Below are positions 24,436 to 36,944 of a stretch of DNA of 64,000 nucleotides, piece by piece. The translations under genes were made by a program, and so were the position numbers. The stretch's first letter is position 1. Each line of letters opens with the position of its first letter. The notes below the pieces were generated by a model that did not search any database, was not told the origin of the DNA, and was given only the letters and a program-made list of their open reading frames with translations. The stretch is from Minutocellus sp. GHC0000111 (lineage: Eukaryota). The stretch lies in NCBI GenBank assembly GCA_977018835.1, contig OZ361256.1, forward strand, positions 2,232,001 through 2,296,000, written 5' to 3'.

Positions 24436-25590
24436 TTACACCTCAACATTGGTGCACTCGGCCGACTTGCTGAATCGCTTGAGGATACCGGCGGTGACCT
24501 TGCCAGGTCCCAGCTCGACGGCACGCTCAAAGTCCTTGGCCAAAACGCTGTCCATGGTGTTCTCCCAGAGGACGGGGCTGGTAACCTGGGTGGCAAGGAG
24601 CTTCTTAATGGTGGCAGGGTCGGAGTGGGGCTTGGCATCGACGTTGGAGATGACGGGGATGCGGGGCTTCTTGAATTCAATGTCCTCCAGGACCTTCTCG
24701 AGGGCCGGCACGGCGGGGGCCATGAAGTCGGTGTGGAAGGCGCCGGCGACGGCCAGCTTGACGGTCATGCGGGCCTTGAACTCGGGCTTGGCAATCTCGG
24801 CGACGACGTCGCAGGCCTCGGAGGCACCGGAGACGGCGTAGTTGCCGTTGCAGAGGTAGTTGGCAATCTGGATGGGCTTGCCGGACTTCTCGGAGGCGGC
24901 CTCGCAGATGTCGGCAACGACGTCCTTGCCGAGGCCGATGACGGAGACCATGCCGGAGTCGACGGCGTCGGAGGCGGCCTGCATGGCCTCGCCACGGGCC
25001 TTGGTGACGCGGACACCGTCGGCGAAGTCGAGGGCGCCGGCGTAGCAAAGGGCGGAGTACTCGCCGAGGCTGAGGCCCATGGCGCAGGTGGCGGCGTTGA
25101 CGGCGTCCTCGCCCTCCTCCTGCTTGAGCTTCTCTACGGCGGCCATGGAGGCGACGAAGATGGCGGGCTGGGAAACCTCGGTGGAATCGAGGACCTCCTT
25201 GGGTCCGTTGGTGCACTTCTCGAGGAGGTCGTAGCCGAGGATCTCGGAGGCCTGATCGAACAGAGCCTTGGCTGCCGGAACCTCCTCGCAGAGCTCACCG
25301 CACATGCCGACGAACTGAGCGCCCTGCCCGGGGAACATGAAGCAGACCTTGGACGAGAAGTCATCAAAGTCGTTGTCGTCACCGGCGGCCATGGGGGCGG
25401 CAGAGTCCGAGTATCCCCGTCCCTCGGCCCACTTGGACCGGCTGGCCTTCTTCTCGGCGGCCTTGGAACCAAAGACGGCAGTCGCCGAGGCGGCACGGAC
25501 GGCAGAGGGAGCGGCCGGAGCGAAGGCCGCACATCTGCGAGACGCCACGGCGGCAACAAGAAGGAGAGACATGGAGGTGTAGCGGGCCAT
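24436..25590 (-). CDS. fabD: Malonyl-CoA:ACP transacylase, plastid-targeted
   Basis: FMFPGQGAQ, SQPAIF, GLSLGEY, IANYLC, VAGAFHT, ELGPGKV; leader ending AAFAP; strong codon bias. Confidence 0.95.
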   Translation of the reverse strand: MARYTSMSLLLVAAVASRRCAAFAPAAPSAVRAASATAVFGSKAAEKKASRSKWAEGRGYSDSAAPMAAGDDNDFDDFSSKVCFMFPGQGAQFVGMCGELCEEVPAAKALFDQASEILGYDLLEKCTNGPKEVLDSTEVSQPAIFVASMAAVEKLKQEEGEDAVNAATCAMGLSLGEYSALCYAGALDFADGVRVTKARGEAMQAASDAVDSGMVSVIGLGKDVVADICEAASEKSGKPIQIANYLCNGNYAVSGASEACDVVAEIAKPEFKARMTVKLAVAGAFHTDFMAPAVPALEKVLEDIEFKKPRIPVISNVDAKPHSDPATIKKLLATQVTSPVLWENTMDSVLAKDFERAVELGPGKVTAGILKRFSKSAECTNVEV

Positions 25591-25689
25591 GGTTTGGTTT
25601 GGTTGTTGGGCTGCAAACGCCGGCTAATACAAAAATCTGGCGAGGTGAGCGGGCATGGGGAAGGCCAGCAACGGATCAAAAGCGCCATC

Positions 25690-26499
25690 GCCGACGTCAA
25701 GCCCCAGGCCGGCGGCAACGTCACCAAGGGCCACAAGGGTGGCATGGAGGTCGACCACGTCCCCATTACCACTCCCTACTGGCAGAACAAGATGTGCCCC
25801 GTCAACGTTCACTGGCATTTGGGCACCGAGCACTACTCCGCCGGCGAGTACGACGAGTTCGGCTCGGGACCCGTCCAGAACAACTACGGCCTCGGCGACC
25901 GTCGTCTGGCCGAGACCGAGGCCCGCAAGGGATACCAGTGCCGTTACTACGACCTCGACGACAACAAGTTCAACACCCCCTACGTCTGGAAGCACTGCGT
26001 CGGCATGCGCATCGGTGAGACCTACGAGGTCCACTGGCCCCACTCCGCCGCCGGCATGTGTGGCACCCCCAACCAGTACCAGACCCCCTTCTACGACGGT
26101 GTCTTCTGCGTCGATGGCGTCCTCACCGACACCGCCGCCCAGATCGGCGTCCAGGCCCAGATCTTCACCATCGTCAACGACGAGGACTACTACTACCCCG
26201 ACCTCTTCCGTGGCACGATCGTTGACGGTGAGATGGGCCAGGACATTGCCATGTACACCGGCTCTACCACCGGTACCAGCCGTGACAACGAGGTCTGCTC
26301 CCAGTACTCGCCCATCACCTGGCAGGTCGATCACAAGTGCCACATGATCTCGGCTTCGTCGTTCGACAAGATGTGCGCCGACATGAAGGCCCAGCGCGAC
26401 GACATGTCCGACGACCTCTACGCCCACGGATCCCGTACTCTGGTCAGCGACCAGCTCACCGCCAACAACCAGGCCAACCGCAAGCTCCGTGGCGAGTAA
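25690..26499 (+). CDS. Delta-class carbonic anhydrase; 5' end unclear or truncated (first in-frame ATG 25744)
   Basis: PQAGGNVTKG, MCPVNVHWHLGTEH, GETYEVHWPHS, YTGSTTG, ITWQVD, SFDKMC. Confidence 0.85.
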   Translation, partial: ADVKPQAGGNVTKGHKGGMEVDHVPITTPYWQNKMCPVNVHWHLGTEHYSAGEYDEFGSGPVQNNYGLGDRRLAETEARKGYQCRYYDLDDNKFNTPYVWKHCVGMRIGETYEVHWPHSAAGMCGTPNQYQTPFYDGVFCVDGVLTDTAAQIGVQAQIFTIVNDEDYYYPDLFRGTIVDGEMGQDIAMYTGSTTGTSRDNEVCSQYSPITWQVDHKCHMISASSFDKMCADMKAQRDDMSDDLYAHGSRTLVSDQLTANNQANRKLRGE

Positions 26500-26940
26500 A
26501 GCGACGTAAATAGCTTTGCTTGAAGAGTTACCCTGACATACTAATACTGTACATTGCACGACCAACACCTGCTTTGTAGGAAAGGGAGGACACAGAAAAC
26601 GAGCCACTTATTCATGCCGTAGCAACACGTCCAGGGTTAAAGTCCCTAATTTGTTGTGGATGAATGATGGCTTTGTATTGCCATTACCACTTGTTGACAA
26701 GAAGAAGAATGAATGAAAAAAGAAGATAAACTAAACCTTGTGGCGTTCTTTGTTTCTGAATGATTTGCCAACCTCTTATCTTCCCTAGCTAGTTAGCTAG
26801 TAGCTAGATCTGAAATACATGTAGGAGGGCCATCGCTAAATCTGAAAGACATACTCTAGCTAGTCGATTCTCTACGTGTATTGTTCTCGTTGCAAGATGT
26901 GCTCAGGTGCAATAAGTAAGTTAAGTTGTAGTTTAATAAT

Positions 26941-29366
26941 CTAATACTCAAATCCCACCGACGCCTTTTTGTTTCGTCTCTTTCCTTCGCCCCCCGCTCC
27001 ACTTTCGTCATGTTGAATGAAATCGAATTCATCCAATACTGCATCTGCTACCATCATCCCATCGACGGCGGCTGAAACAATGCCACCCGCAAATCCAGCC
27101 CCTTCGCCCGCGGGGAAGAGACGCTTGCAGCCAATCGCTTGGTAGGTTTCGGTGTCTCTCGATACTCTTACTGGACTAGACGTTCGAGTTTCCACGGCGT
27201 GTAGTAGACCCTCATCGCATACGTAGCCCGGCATCTGTCTCTCAAAGTGATTGACCAGGGCATCTTGCAGTGCCTTGACCAATGGCTTTGGATAAATCTC
27301 GTGACAGGCCGATGGCTTGACTCCGAGCCGGTACGACGATGGAGGCGCCGAAGTTGACGGCCGCTCGGCAATGAAATCTGTAAGTCGTTGCACGGGTACT
27401 GTAAGGTTTCCTCCTCCCATTTTGGATGCAGCACGTTCCATCTCCCGCTGAAAGGCGATGCCTGCGAGTACTCCATGTTTTTCTCTGTACTCTTCTAGAA
27501 CTGGGTCGTCCGGGGAAACAGTCACTACAAGAGCACTGTTGGCCCACAAGGAGTCCCTTTTGGAGAAACTCATGCCATTGACACACACTTCTTCGGGCTC
27601 AGTTGAGGCCGGCACAATTTGGCCGCCTGGACACATGCAGAATGAATATGCACCGCGATTGGAATCGCCGTCGAAAGCCTTGTCCGTTGCTAACCTATAC
27701 GACGCGACCGGAAGTCTTCCACTAGGATGAGTTTCGCCAGCACCATCATCTTCATTGTCGCTCGGAAGCTCGTCAAAGAACTGCTGATTGGTTTGGTCTG
27801 TAACGCTCTTGCCGGTCACTACGCTCGGACCCCACTCTTTTCCGTATTGTATTTGATTGATTATTCTCTGCGGATGCTCAACGCGAAAGCCGGTAGCAAA
27901 TCCCTTTGGTTCTAGCTGAATGCCAGCTTTATGCAGCTCCTCGTAGGTATCACGCGCAGAATGCCCGGTAGCAAGAACCACTGCATCGGCGCGTATTATC
28001 TCTGTCCCTTCATACACCTCTCCTACTTCAGCACCGCCCACACTGCGCTCAACTGCTCTTCTGTACTCTACCTCGACCCCACTGACGGCGCCCCCTGTAA
28101 CGAGCAGCTTTGTCATCCGAGCACCAAATCGAATCTCACCCCCCAATTTTCTCAGATCGAGTCTCATATTCCTCAAAAGTCGCACGAGATTATCAGTGCC
28201 AAGATAGGGCGCTCCATCTACGAGAATCTTTTCTGGTGCACCGTACTCAACCAGAGTCTCAAGAACTGAACGCACGGGACCTTGGTTTCGGCCTATCCGA
28301 GTCGTCAGCTTTCCATCGCTCCACGTTCCAGCACCCCCTTCACCAAAGGCGAAGTTAGACTCCGAGTCAATTGATCGCCGGTGCATGAGAGCACCAATAT
28401 CCTTGCCTCGGGATTCCACAGGCTGACCTCTTTCGAATAGGATGGGTTTGCAGTGACCCTCTCGAGCCAAAGATAAGGCACAAAACAAACCTGCTGGACC
28501 CGCTCCGACAATGGCAACCACAGGCTTGGAAGGCAACTCTTCATCACCTAATACCTCATCGACTGTCTTTTGCTCAAGACTTTTGGCATCATCTTGCGAT
28601 GATATCCTCTCCATCAATCCCGGCCGATGCTTTAGCCGGAGCTTTTGTGCCATTGCCGGCGATACTTCGACATCGATCACATAGTTATACCGAGGTCCAA
28701 ACCCTCCACGCCGCCGCTTCTTGCGTGCATCCAAAGAGCGACGAACAACACAGGCGCTCTTGAGCTCCTTGGGCAAGACAGTAACCGGCGTCTCGGTATC
28801 AGCGCTGCTTCATTGATGCCAATATCATCTTCATTGCGCTTGATTCGCAAGTTGGCCATGAGCGCATCCAAGACGGGCTTTGTAAGATATGCCTTTTCTG
28901 GCGGAAAAGTCTCGACTTCGCTTCCTTCGGTATTCCTACGCTTAGAGCGTCCTTCCATTGGATTGACTGCATTGAGTCCTAAATCGTCGGGGTGCACCTC
29001 CACACCAAAGAGCCTCCACCGCTGATCTCCTCCCCCGATGTCAGCTTGTGCTGATTTTTGTTGGAGTTGCTTCTTATTTCGTCTCGACTTCCCCCCTCGC
29101 CGTTTCCTACTCTTTGTCGACCGAATTGAATCTTTAGAAGAGAAGTCACTGTCAGTTTTGGTAGAGGCAAGACCCGCAGATAATCGACATTCCGGCACGT
29201 GGTAGTTGGTCCAGTCAAGAGCAGTTGATGGATGTGAAGTTCGCCGGATTGCGATGTGCTGGAAAGCCTGCACTTTAGTGGATGGGCCGCTAACGACCGA
29301 AAATAGCGCATGAGATACAGTTACTGCACTCGCAAGCGCACGTAAGGAACAGTGCAAAGACGACAT
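26941..29366 (-). CDS. FAD-dependent oxidoreductase, probably plastid-targeted; frameshift near 28780-28815
   Basis: IVGAGPAGLF, FGEGGAGTWSDGKL, VLATGHSARD, YSFCMCPGG, ETRTSSPVR, PAGEGAGFAGGIVSAAVDG. Confidence 0.85.
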
Positions 29367-29607
29367 GTTCTCCTGGACTGCTTCTCCTTGCTCCAGGTTG
29401 GTCAGCAGATGAATTTGGACGGATTGCTTGGACGGCTCTCAACATTTGTGAGGCACTAAGCCTGACAGACTCAAGTCACTAAAATCCACCAATTAAAGTA
29501 CGAAAAATCAGAGCATACGAAGTTGAAGTACGAACTTGACTTTGCGCCTCGCCTCGCTCGATCTCGAACGTCGCCTCTGCATTTTCTTCAACAATCGATC
29601 CATCAAG

Positions 29608-30645
29608 ATGAGACTCTCGACTGTCGCCTTCTGCGCCGTCGCCCTCCTCTCGGGCGCCGATGCCTTCGCCCCGGCGATGCCCGCCCAGTCCAGGGCGGCG
29701 GCTCTCGTTCCTCTCGCCGCCGAGGCGACCATGGCCGACAGCGGTGTCCCCGCTGAAACTGCCGCCCCGTCCGACTCAGTGGAGGATGCCGAGATCCCCA
29801 CCATCCTCCCCAGTGATGTTGGTATGGACTACGTCCCTCTTGCCACCATGCTTGCTACTGGTCAGCTCGTTGAGGCCGATCAGGTGCGTTTGTCATTTGC
29901 GTTTTGATCAAGGGGAGAAGCGGCACATATCTGAACTCAATCGAATGTACATGTGTTTTCTGTAGCCCAATTCGCCACGTGGATAAGTATTGCATGAATC
30001 CCGATCCATTCCACCTTTGCATAGAAATATCTTTCTGACAATATTTTTATATTTGTCTATGTTTTAATGCGCAGTTCACCCGTGATGCACTGATTGTTCT
30101 TGCTGGTTCCAAGGAGAAGGGACGTGACTTCGTTTACTGGACTGAGGTCAAGGACATCCCGGCCACCGACCTTGCCACCATCGAGCATCTCTGGAACAAG
30201 TTCTCCGGCGGAAAGTTCGGCTACTCTGTCCAAAAGGTGCGTCGTATCTTTGTTTGAAAGAACTTGACCATGTGTTCTTGTTTGTTGGACATCGATATAT
30301 TATCATCATTTAGCTGTGAACGATTTTTCAACTCACATTCAATTTTTGTCCATTGAATGAAATCTATTTGAAAATGAAATCGGATTGGTGCTACAGCGCA
30401 TATGGAAGCGATCAAAGGGAGACTTCGAGCTCTGGTGCAAAAAGATTGGATGGACTACCCAGGATGGTGAAGTTGAGCGAAAGAAGCGTTGGTTCGGTGC
30501 CTCCGAGTTCACTTATGATGTAAAGAAGGCGCCCGAGGGACACCTCCCCCTAACCAGCGCCTTGAGGGGTACTTCTCTGATCAAGCAGCTTCTGAACCAT
30601 CCGGTCTGGGACAACGATGACTGGAAGAAGGAGCCTTCGGCATAA
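29608..30645 (+). CDS. GUN4: GUN4 porphyrin-binding domain protein (introns 29884-30074, 30237-30396)
   Basis: Leader ADA-FAP; spliced DYVPLATML..ADQFTR..DLATIEHLWNKFSGGKFGYSVQKRIW..APEGHLPLT. Confidence 0.88.
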
Positions 30646-31255
30646 ATAAACTGGGAGCAGCAGAATTGTAGACTCGGTGTCCTTGTCGGCCGCGTTTGAG
30701 TGAAAACCATATGCGAGTCTATTGTCATTTCTGAGACCACACAAACATTTTTTGGACGAAAAGCGCGTGGCAGACTTTCCTTTGTTGTAGCATATAATCC
30801 TAGACTGGCCATTGGGTGTAGATCTGTCACGATTTAAACTATTCCTTATGCATGTCATGCCAAGAAAATGAAAGAAGAACAAATCAAACTTTTGAAGGAA
30901 ACGAGGACGAATGGTGGTCATGGCCCAGGCGTGATGCTTATAGATTACAGATATGCATGGGCATTTATTGGTCTAAAATAGATTATGTACGGTATCGTAT
31001 ATATTTGGTGTTGACGACGCATTAGGCAGCCTCTAGCTCGGGCTTTGCGTTGGAATCACTATACATTTTCTCGGCCTATGTCTCGTAAGATCATCTCTTC
31101 GCCTTCTCCCTGCTCCGTAGCAGCTAGAATTAGAGTGGTTATTATCACACCAGCGTTTCATGCAGAATAGCCAAGGTTTTATTCACTCGCGGCCTTAACC
31201 AGTGTTTCCGTTCTCTTCTTATTCACATACGTAGTAGCTAGCAAAATGGAAAGTC

Positions 31256-32572
31256 TCATGGGCGCTGATCCTCCGGCAAACCCGATATGATGGCCTCTCG
31301 TACTGCCTGAGCAAGCTCTTCTTCGGTCTTATCCTCCGATTCGATGGGATCGTGGACGACCACTTTGCAAACATTGCGACCCGGCCGAAATGGGAACATC
31401 CAATGCGACGACATGATTTTGCCACTCGCCACAATGGAAAGGGGCACCACGGGGGCCTTCATTTTGTGCGCCATCTTGAACGCGCCGCCCTGGAACTTCA
31501 TCAGCTTGCCAGATCGCGACCGAGTTCCCTCAGGGAAGGTCGTCAAATGAACACCCTCCTAATGTCATCAGTTGGGAATTGTATTGGAACGCAAAATGAA
31601 TGACAGCATAGATGAGATACATGCGTACAAAACATGTAAAGAAAGGAAAGTGGGTACCAAAATGAGATTCAGTCAGCCACAACAACAGACTCGCTGACCC
31701 AGCATACATGCAGTCAATCAAACACGACATACCTTCAACCAGTTCATTCCAGCCTTCAGCGTTTGGATCTGCGATCGTCGGTCGGATCTGTCCACGCACA
31801 CGTTCTTGGCGCACATAATGGCCTTGCCAAGGATGGGGACCTTCTCCAACTCCTTCTTGGCCACAAACTTGTAGTTGCGCCACCCGATCGTGGCCCCGAT
31901 GAAGGGGATGTCCATCCAACTGTTGTGATTGCCAACGAACATGGCGGCCTTGTTCTGCTTGTAGAAGTCCAACAGGACGTCGCGATTTTCCATCCGGGGA
32001 AAATTGCGCGTCAATCGCAGGAGGCAGGTGCCCCAAACGTGGCTGAGGAAAACGGGCAGCCGACGCTTGGTGTCGAGCTTGCCGCGGGTAACGAAGTAGA
32101 ACAGCTGTGCCATCGAGAGTGCGACGAACCAAACCAAACCCAGAGCGATCGAGGTAAGGCCGTAATATATAGCGTACGGGTTCAGCGCACCGTACTTTGT
32201 ATCGAAGGCCAGCGGTCCGCCCTCCGCACGGATCAGCTCCTTCCGTTGTTGTCTTTTCCGGCTCTTGCGGTCGACGACTTCAGTTTCTTCACTTGCGGTT
32301 GTGTCCTTTGCATCGCCAGATTTGGTCGGCGATGGCACATCGTCAGCGCCTGTGGCCGCCGCTGCCGTAGAGAATAACGCAGAATGAGCTCTTGATATGC
32401 TTTTTGTGGCCGCACTACTACTCGAAGAACTACCGACCGGTGCCAGCGCAGATGGACGGCATGACGGAGGATGGGAGAAGGCCAACACGACGCCAGACGG
32501 ACAGCATGATGAGCTGGCCACGGCAGCAGCCGCAATGGCCACTGCCATCACAGATGTGCTTCTCGACGACAT
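31256..32572 (-). CDS. Plastid 1-acyl-sn-glycerol-3-phosphate acyltransferase (LPAAT) (intron 31732-31559)
   Basis: NHNSWMD, FVAKKEL, FPEGTRS motifs; bipartite leader VLA-FSH. Confidence 0.9.
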
Positions 32573-32973
32573 GAATCGGTAAATTCTAAGTGTTGATATG
32601 TCTTGGGCGTGCTCTTGGATGTTTCCTTCGGCGATATGAAGACAACTTTGGCTCTGGTCTCTGCTCATGCAAACGGATCGATGACGAGAGCAGAGAGCGA
32701 GAGGCGACATCAGCACGAGGCGGTTGCTTTGCTCGTCTTCTGAGACCTGGTCGCATCTCAAATCGTCTTTCCGTCTCCCGTTACTTGAGTCGATCGAGTC
32801 GATCAAGTCGAAACCAGTCCGCGACCGCAGAAAATCGGATGGCATGGAAGCAGCGAAAAAGAAGTGCGAAACCACATTCGTCACTTCCAGCCATCAGCTC
32901 TACCCATCACCTATCCTTGCTCGGCTTTCTCAAAATCGGTAATAGCAAAATCAATCACAAGCGTCACTGCAGA

Positions 32974-34985
32974 ATGGCAAGACCCAATTTCGCCAATCTT
33001 GTGCTGGCGGCCCTCCTCGTCGCAGGGCCGGCGGTGCTGACGACCGCCTACGTCGTCCCGCCGTCGGCCAGCCGCATCGGTCGCCTTGCCGGTGGTTCCA
33101 GCTTCTCGGCGTCGGTGGCCCCACGAGTCGGTGATTTCCGCCATGCGTCTTCGTCGTCGTCAACTGATATGACCATGCGACTTTCCGTCCCCGGCGCCCT
33201 TCGTTCCTTCAACAAAAAGTTTCGTGGAGCCTCTGCCGCCGGGCCATCATCCACCAGCCGTATTGGTATGTCCGATGCCGCCGCCGCTGCCGAGCCAGAG
33301 GACGAGAAGAAGAGCATCCTTCAGAAGGTAAGTTTTGCAACTTGTGCATCATACTATCAAGCCATTAAGCCACCACACTTATGTAATACCAGGATATCTT
33401 GCATCACATAAGATGTGCAACATTCATTCAATGACGTACGAGCAATTTTGGCGAATCTTTTTTGGATCCAACCCACCGCTTACTTCATTCTCGATCTTTC
33501 CCTTCCCATCGACCATCACAGCTCAAGAATATCATCCCTCCAGCCAATGAGCGCAAGAAGCTTTTGCCCTTGGCTCTCATGTTTTTCTGCATCCTTTTCA
33601 ACTACACCATCCTTCGCGATACCAAGGATGTGTTGATGGTCACTGCCCCGAAATCCGGTACCGAGGTTATCCCCTTCATCAAGACCTACGTGAACCTTCC
33701 CACTGCCATCGGTTTTACCGCCATCTACGCCAAGCTCTGCGACAAGCTCGAGCAGAAGAATGTGTTCTACGCCTGCACCATCCCCTTCCTCATCTTCTTC
33801 GGCCTGTTTGCGTGGGCCATCTTCCCCAACACCGGCTGGTTGCACCCTCATGCCTTTGTTGATGCCGTCGCCGGCCATCTTCCCAGTGGCTTCGCCGCTC
33901 CTCTTTCCATTATCCGTAATTGGAGTTATGCTGTCTTTTACGTCATGGCCGAGATGTGGGGAAGTGTTGTCGCATCTTTGTTGTTCTGGGGCTTCGCAAA
34001 TGAGGTGACCACAGTTGATGAGGCGAAGAAGTATTATCCTCTCTTTGGTATGGGAGCCAACGTTGCGCTCATTTTCAGTGGACAGTACGTCAAGTGGGTG
34101 TCCAAGATGCGAGCCAATCTGCCCCCTGGTGTCGACCCTTGGGGAGTTTCTCTCAAGTATTTGATGGCGGCCGTCGTTGGATGTGGTGCCCTCATGACCG
34201 GTATCTTTTCGTACATGCAGAATAATGTGCTGACCGATCCCAACTGTGTTGATCAGGAGAAGCGCAAGAACAAGGCAAAGAAGAAGAAGGTGAAGATGGG
34301 AATGCGGGAGTCTGCCAAGTTCTTGATGAATTCGCCTTACATTCGTGACCTTGCTACCCTTGTCATCTCTTACGGAATGTGCATCAACATTGTCGAGGTT
34401 TCCTGGAAGGGAAAGCTGAAGCAGGCTTACCCCGATCCCAATGCGTACTCTGCCTTCATGGGTAACTTCTCGTCGGCCACTGGCACCGTAACTCTTATCA
34501 TGATGTTGTTGGGCCGCACCATCTTCGAGATTTTTGGCTGGCGCACTGCCGCTCTCGTTACGCCCACCACCATTGGCGTTACTGGACTCATTTTCTTTGC
34601 CTTGACGATTTTCTCCTCGTTCTTTGCGCCTATCGCAGCTACCCTGGGCACTTCGCCCCTGATGCTCGCTGTTCTTGTCGGAGCCGCTCAGAACATTCTG
34701 AGTAAGAGTTCGAAATACTCTTTGTTTGACCCCTGCAAGGAGATGGCCTACATTCCCCTTGACCAAGAAAGTAAGACGAAGGGCAAGGCCGCCGTAGATG
34801 TCATTGGCAACCCATTGGGCAAGAGCGGAGGATCCCTGATTCAGCAGATTATGATTTTTGCCGTCGGAAGTCTCGCTGCTGCCACCCCATACCTGGCTGG
34901 TATCCTCGGCGTTCTGATCTACTTCTGGTACAAGGCTGCTAATTCTCTTGGCGATCAGTTCGAGGAAGCGATGGAGATGGAGTAA
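32974..34985 (+). CDS. NTT1: Plastid nucleotide transporter (NTT/TLC family) (intron 33328-33521)
   Basis: FNYTILRDTKD, AEMWGSVV.SLLFWGFANE, SKYSLFDPCKEMAYIPLD, GKAAVDV..GKSGG. Confidence 0.92.
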
Positions 34986-35090
34986 TTTTGGAAACGAACG
35001 ATAGAAAACAATGCTCGTGGGAACCATGATACTTCAGATAAAGAGTAAAAGATAAATAGATGTAAATTTACGCTACTAAACATTTAGAAG

Positions 35091-36944
35091 TCATTGTGAG
35101 CACTTCCTTCGTATCATTTCCGCTACAGCTCGGACTCCCTGAGCCTCTCCGATTCCTGTCGTCCCTTTCATGCCGTAAACATCGAAATGAACCCATTTAG
35201 TGTCATCGGCAACGAATTGCTTGAGATAGAGGGCAGCAGTAATGGCCCCTCCGAGCCTGCCGTCGGTGGGTATATTCCTCAAGTCAGCTACCTTTGAAGA
35301 TTCCGTAATTCTCTTCTCATAATTGTTCCAGAGCGGCAATCGCCACACGGGATCTCGGGTAGAGACTGCTGCGGACATTACATCTTGAGCCAATTCGTCG
35401 CAATTCGACATGAATGCAGGAATTTCTTGACCAAGCGCCACTCTTGCCGCACCGGTCAGAGTTGCAAAGTCAATAATCATATCCGGGTTATCAGCGGATG
35501 CGATGGCCAAAGCATCGCCCAGGACCAGTCTACCTTCAGCGTCAGTGTTTCCGATCTCGGTCGTTGTACCATTAACTGCCGTGATGATATCACCGGGACG
35601 ATAAGCGTTGGAGCCTATGCAGTTCTCGGCGACAGGAATCAGAATACGTATGTTTGCCTCGACTTGGCTTTCAAATAAAATCGAGGCAACAGCAATAGCG
35701 TGAGCCGCACCACCCATGTCTTTTTTCATGTTCAGCATCGAAGCCCCCGGCTTCAGATTTAGCCCTCCAGTATCGTATACAATGCCTTTCCCAACAAGAG
35801 TGATGGTTGACATGTCCACCTTTGCATCCGACGTCGGAGACCAATGTAAATCAATCAAACGAGGCTCACGACCGGGAGCGGCTCCCTGCCCAACTGCATG
35901 GATCATGCCACAACCATTTCCATTAGGAACGTTTCCACTGTAGTGCAAAAGGTCTTCCCCGATTATTGTTTTCACATCTGCACCATAGCGTGTTGCGAGG
36001 CTTTCGACAGCAACCTGCAAATCTTCAGGTCCAAAATCAATAGCAGGTGTGCTTATCAAATCTCGTGCCAGATACGATGCTCTTGCAGCGGCTGCAGCTT
36101 CGCTTGTGTTTGTACCTTGGGGCCATATAAGTGCAGGCGCTTTCTCATTTTTGTCGGAATGGCTTTTGTAGCGTTCGAAAGTATACGCGCCCAGCATGCA
36201 ACTTAGAACATCAAAATGCCCATCCAAGCCGCTAGGGCAAAGAACTCGATATGCTTTTGGACTACGAGTAGTAGCGTCGTCTGCATCGACCTTTGGTAGC
36301 TGATTGACCACATCATGAAACGAGCTCTCCAGATCGTTTAGACCTGAACTGCCAGATGTTGACACAGATTTATCTTCATCTTTGACGCATAACACGAAAG
36401 ATTGTGGCGAATCAATCTCTTTGGCTTCTTTTAGAAATGGGACCTCGGCATCATGCAGCGCTGGCAATGGCAGCAGATTGCCTGGTTTGAACTGATTGGT
36501 CGACACATAGGCTCGAAGAAGACTGGCTGCGGCGCCAGCTGCATCTGTGCCAGCCGACTGCGAGTCCAGGGCCTCGATCAAAGCATCAAATTGCGATCGG
36601 CTGAGTGCAAGTATTGCGCCAATCTCTTCATCACCAAGCCTCTCAGCTTCATTTGTTGATAACAACAAGTTCTCGAACCGATCAGCCCTCTTGACGAACT
36701 CATAATATGACCTGCGTTGCCTCGATGACGTTGCGAAGGATGCACCAACAACTAGCGCAGAATTTCTCCACACTCCATTGTGCCTTGGCCTGATCACTGT
36801 AGCAGCACACCGGCGAGCGGTGAGCTGGACCAAAGGCGCACCATCTACCAGCACAGAATTTCTCCACAATTGATTGTGCCTTGACCTGGCCACTGTAGCA
36901 GCACACCGACGAGCGGCGAGCCGGACCAAAGGCGTCATCATCAT
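35091..36944 (-). CDS. M17 leucyl aminopeptidase with mitochondrial-like presequence
   Basis: VGKGIVYDTGG, MKKDMGG, NTDAEGRL, ATLTGA. Confidence 0.93.
   Translation of the reverse strand: MMMTPLVRLAARRCAATVARSRHNQLWRNSVLVDGAPLVQLTARRCAATVIRPRHNGVWRNSALVVGASFATSSRQRRSYYEFVKRADRFENLLLSTNEAERLGDEEIGAILALSRSQFDALIEALDSQSAGTDAAGAAASLLRAYVSTNQFKPGNLLPLPALHDAEVPFLKEAKEIDSPQSFVLCVKDEDKSVSTSGSSGLNDLESSFHDVVNQLPKVDADDATTRSPKAYRVLCPSGLDGHFDVLSCMLGAYTFERYKSHSDKNEKAPALIWPQGTNTSEAAAAARASYLARDLISTPAIDFGPEDLQVAVESLATRYGADVKTIIGEDLLHYSGNVPNGNGCGMIHAVGQGAAPGREPRLIDLHWSPTSDAKVDMSTITLVGKGIVYDTGGLNLKPGASMLNMKKDMGGAAHAIAVASILFESQVEANIRILIPVAENCIGSNAYRPGDIITAVNGTTTEIGNTDAEGRLVLGDALAIASADNPDMIIDFATLTGAARVALGQEIPAFMSNCDELAQDVMSAAVSTRDPVWRLPLWNNYEKRITESSKVADLRNIPTDGRLGGAITAALYLKQFVADDTKWVHFDVYGMKGTTGIGEAQGVRAVAEMIRRKCSQ
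36741..36932 (-). repeat. Two diverged 96-bp tandem units in the aminopeptidase presequence
   Basis: PLVRLAARRCAATVARSRHNQLWRNSVLVDGA / PLVQLTARRCAATVIRPRHNGVWRNSALVVGA. Confidence 0.9.

Noticed and set aside
24376..26499. 707-aa ORF suggesting a large fusion protein
   Set aside because: The first ~400 codons are the stop-free antisense of codon-biased fabD; only the 3' part is delta-CA.
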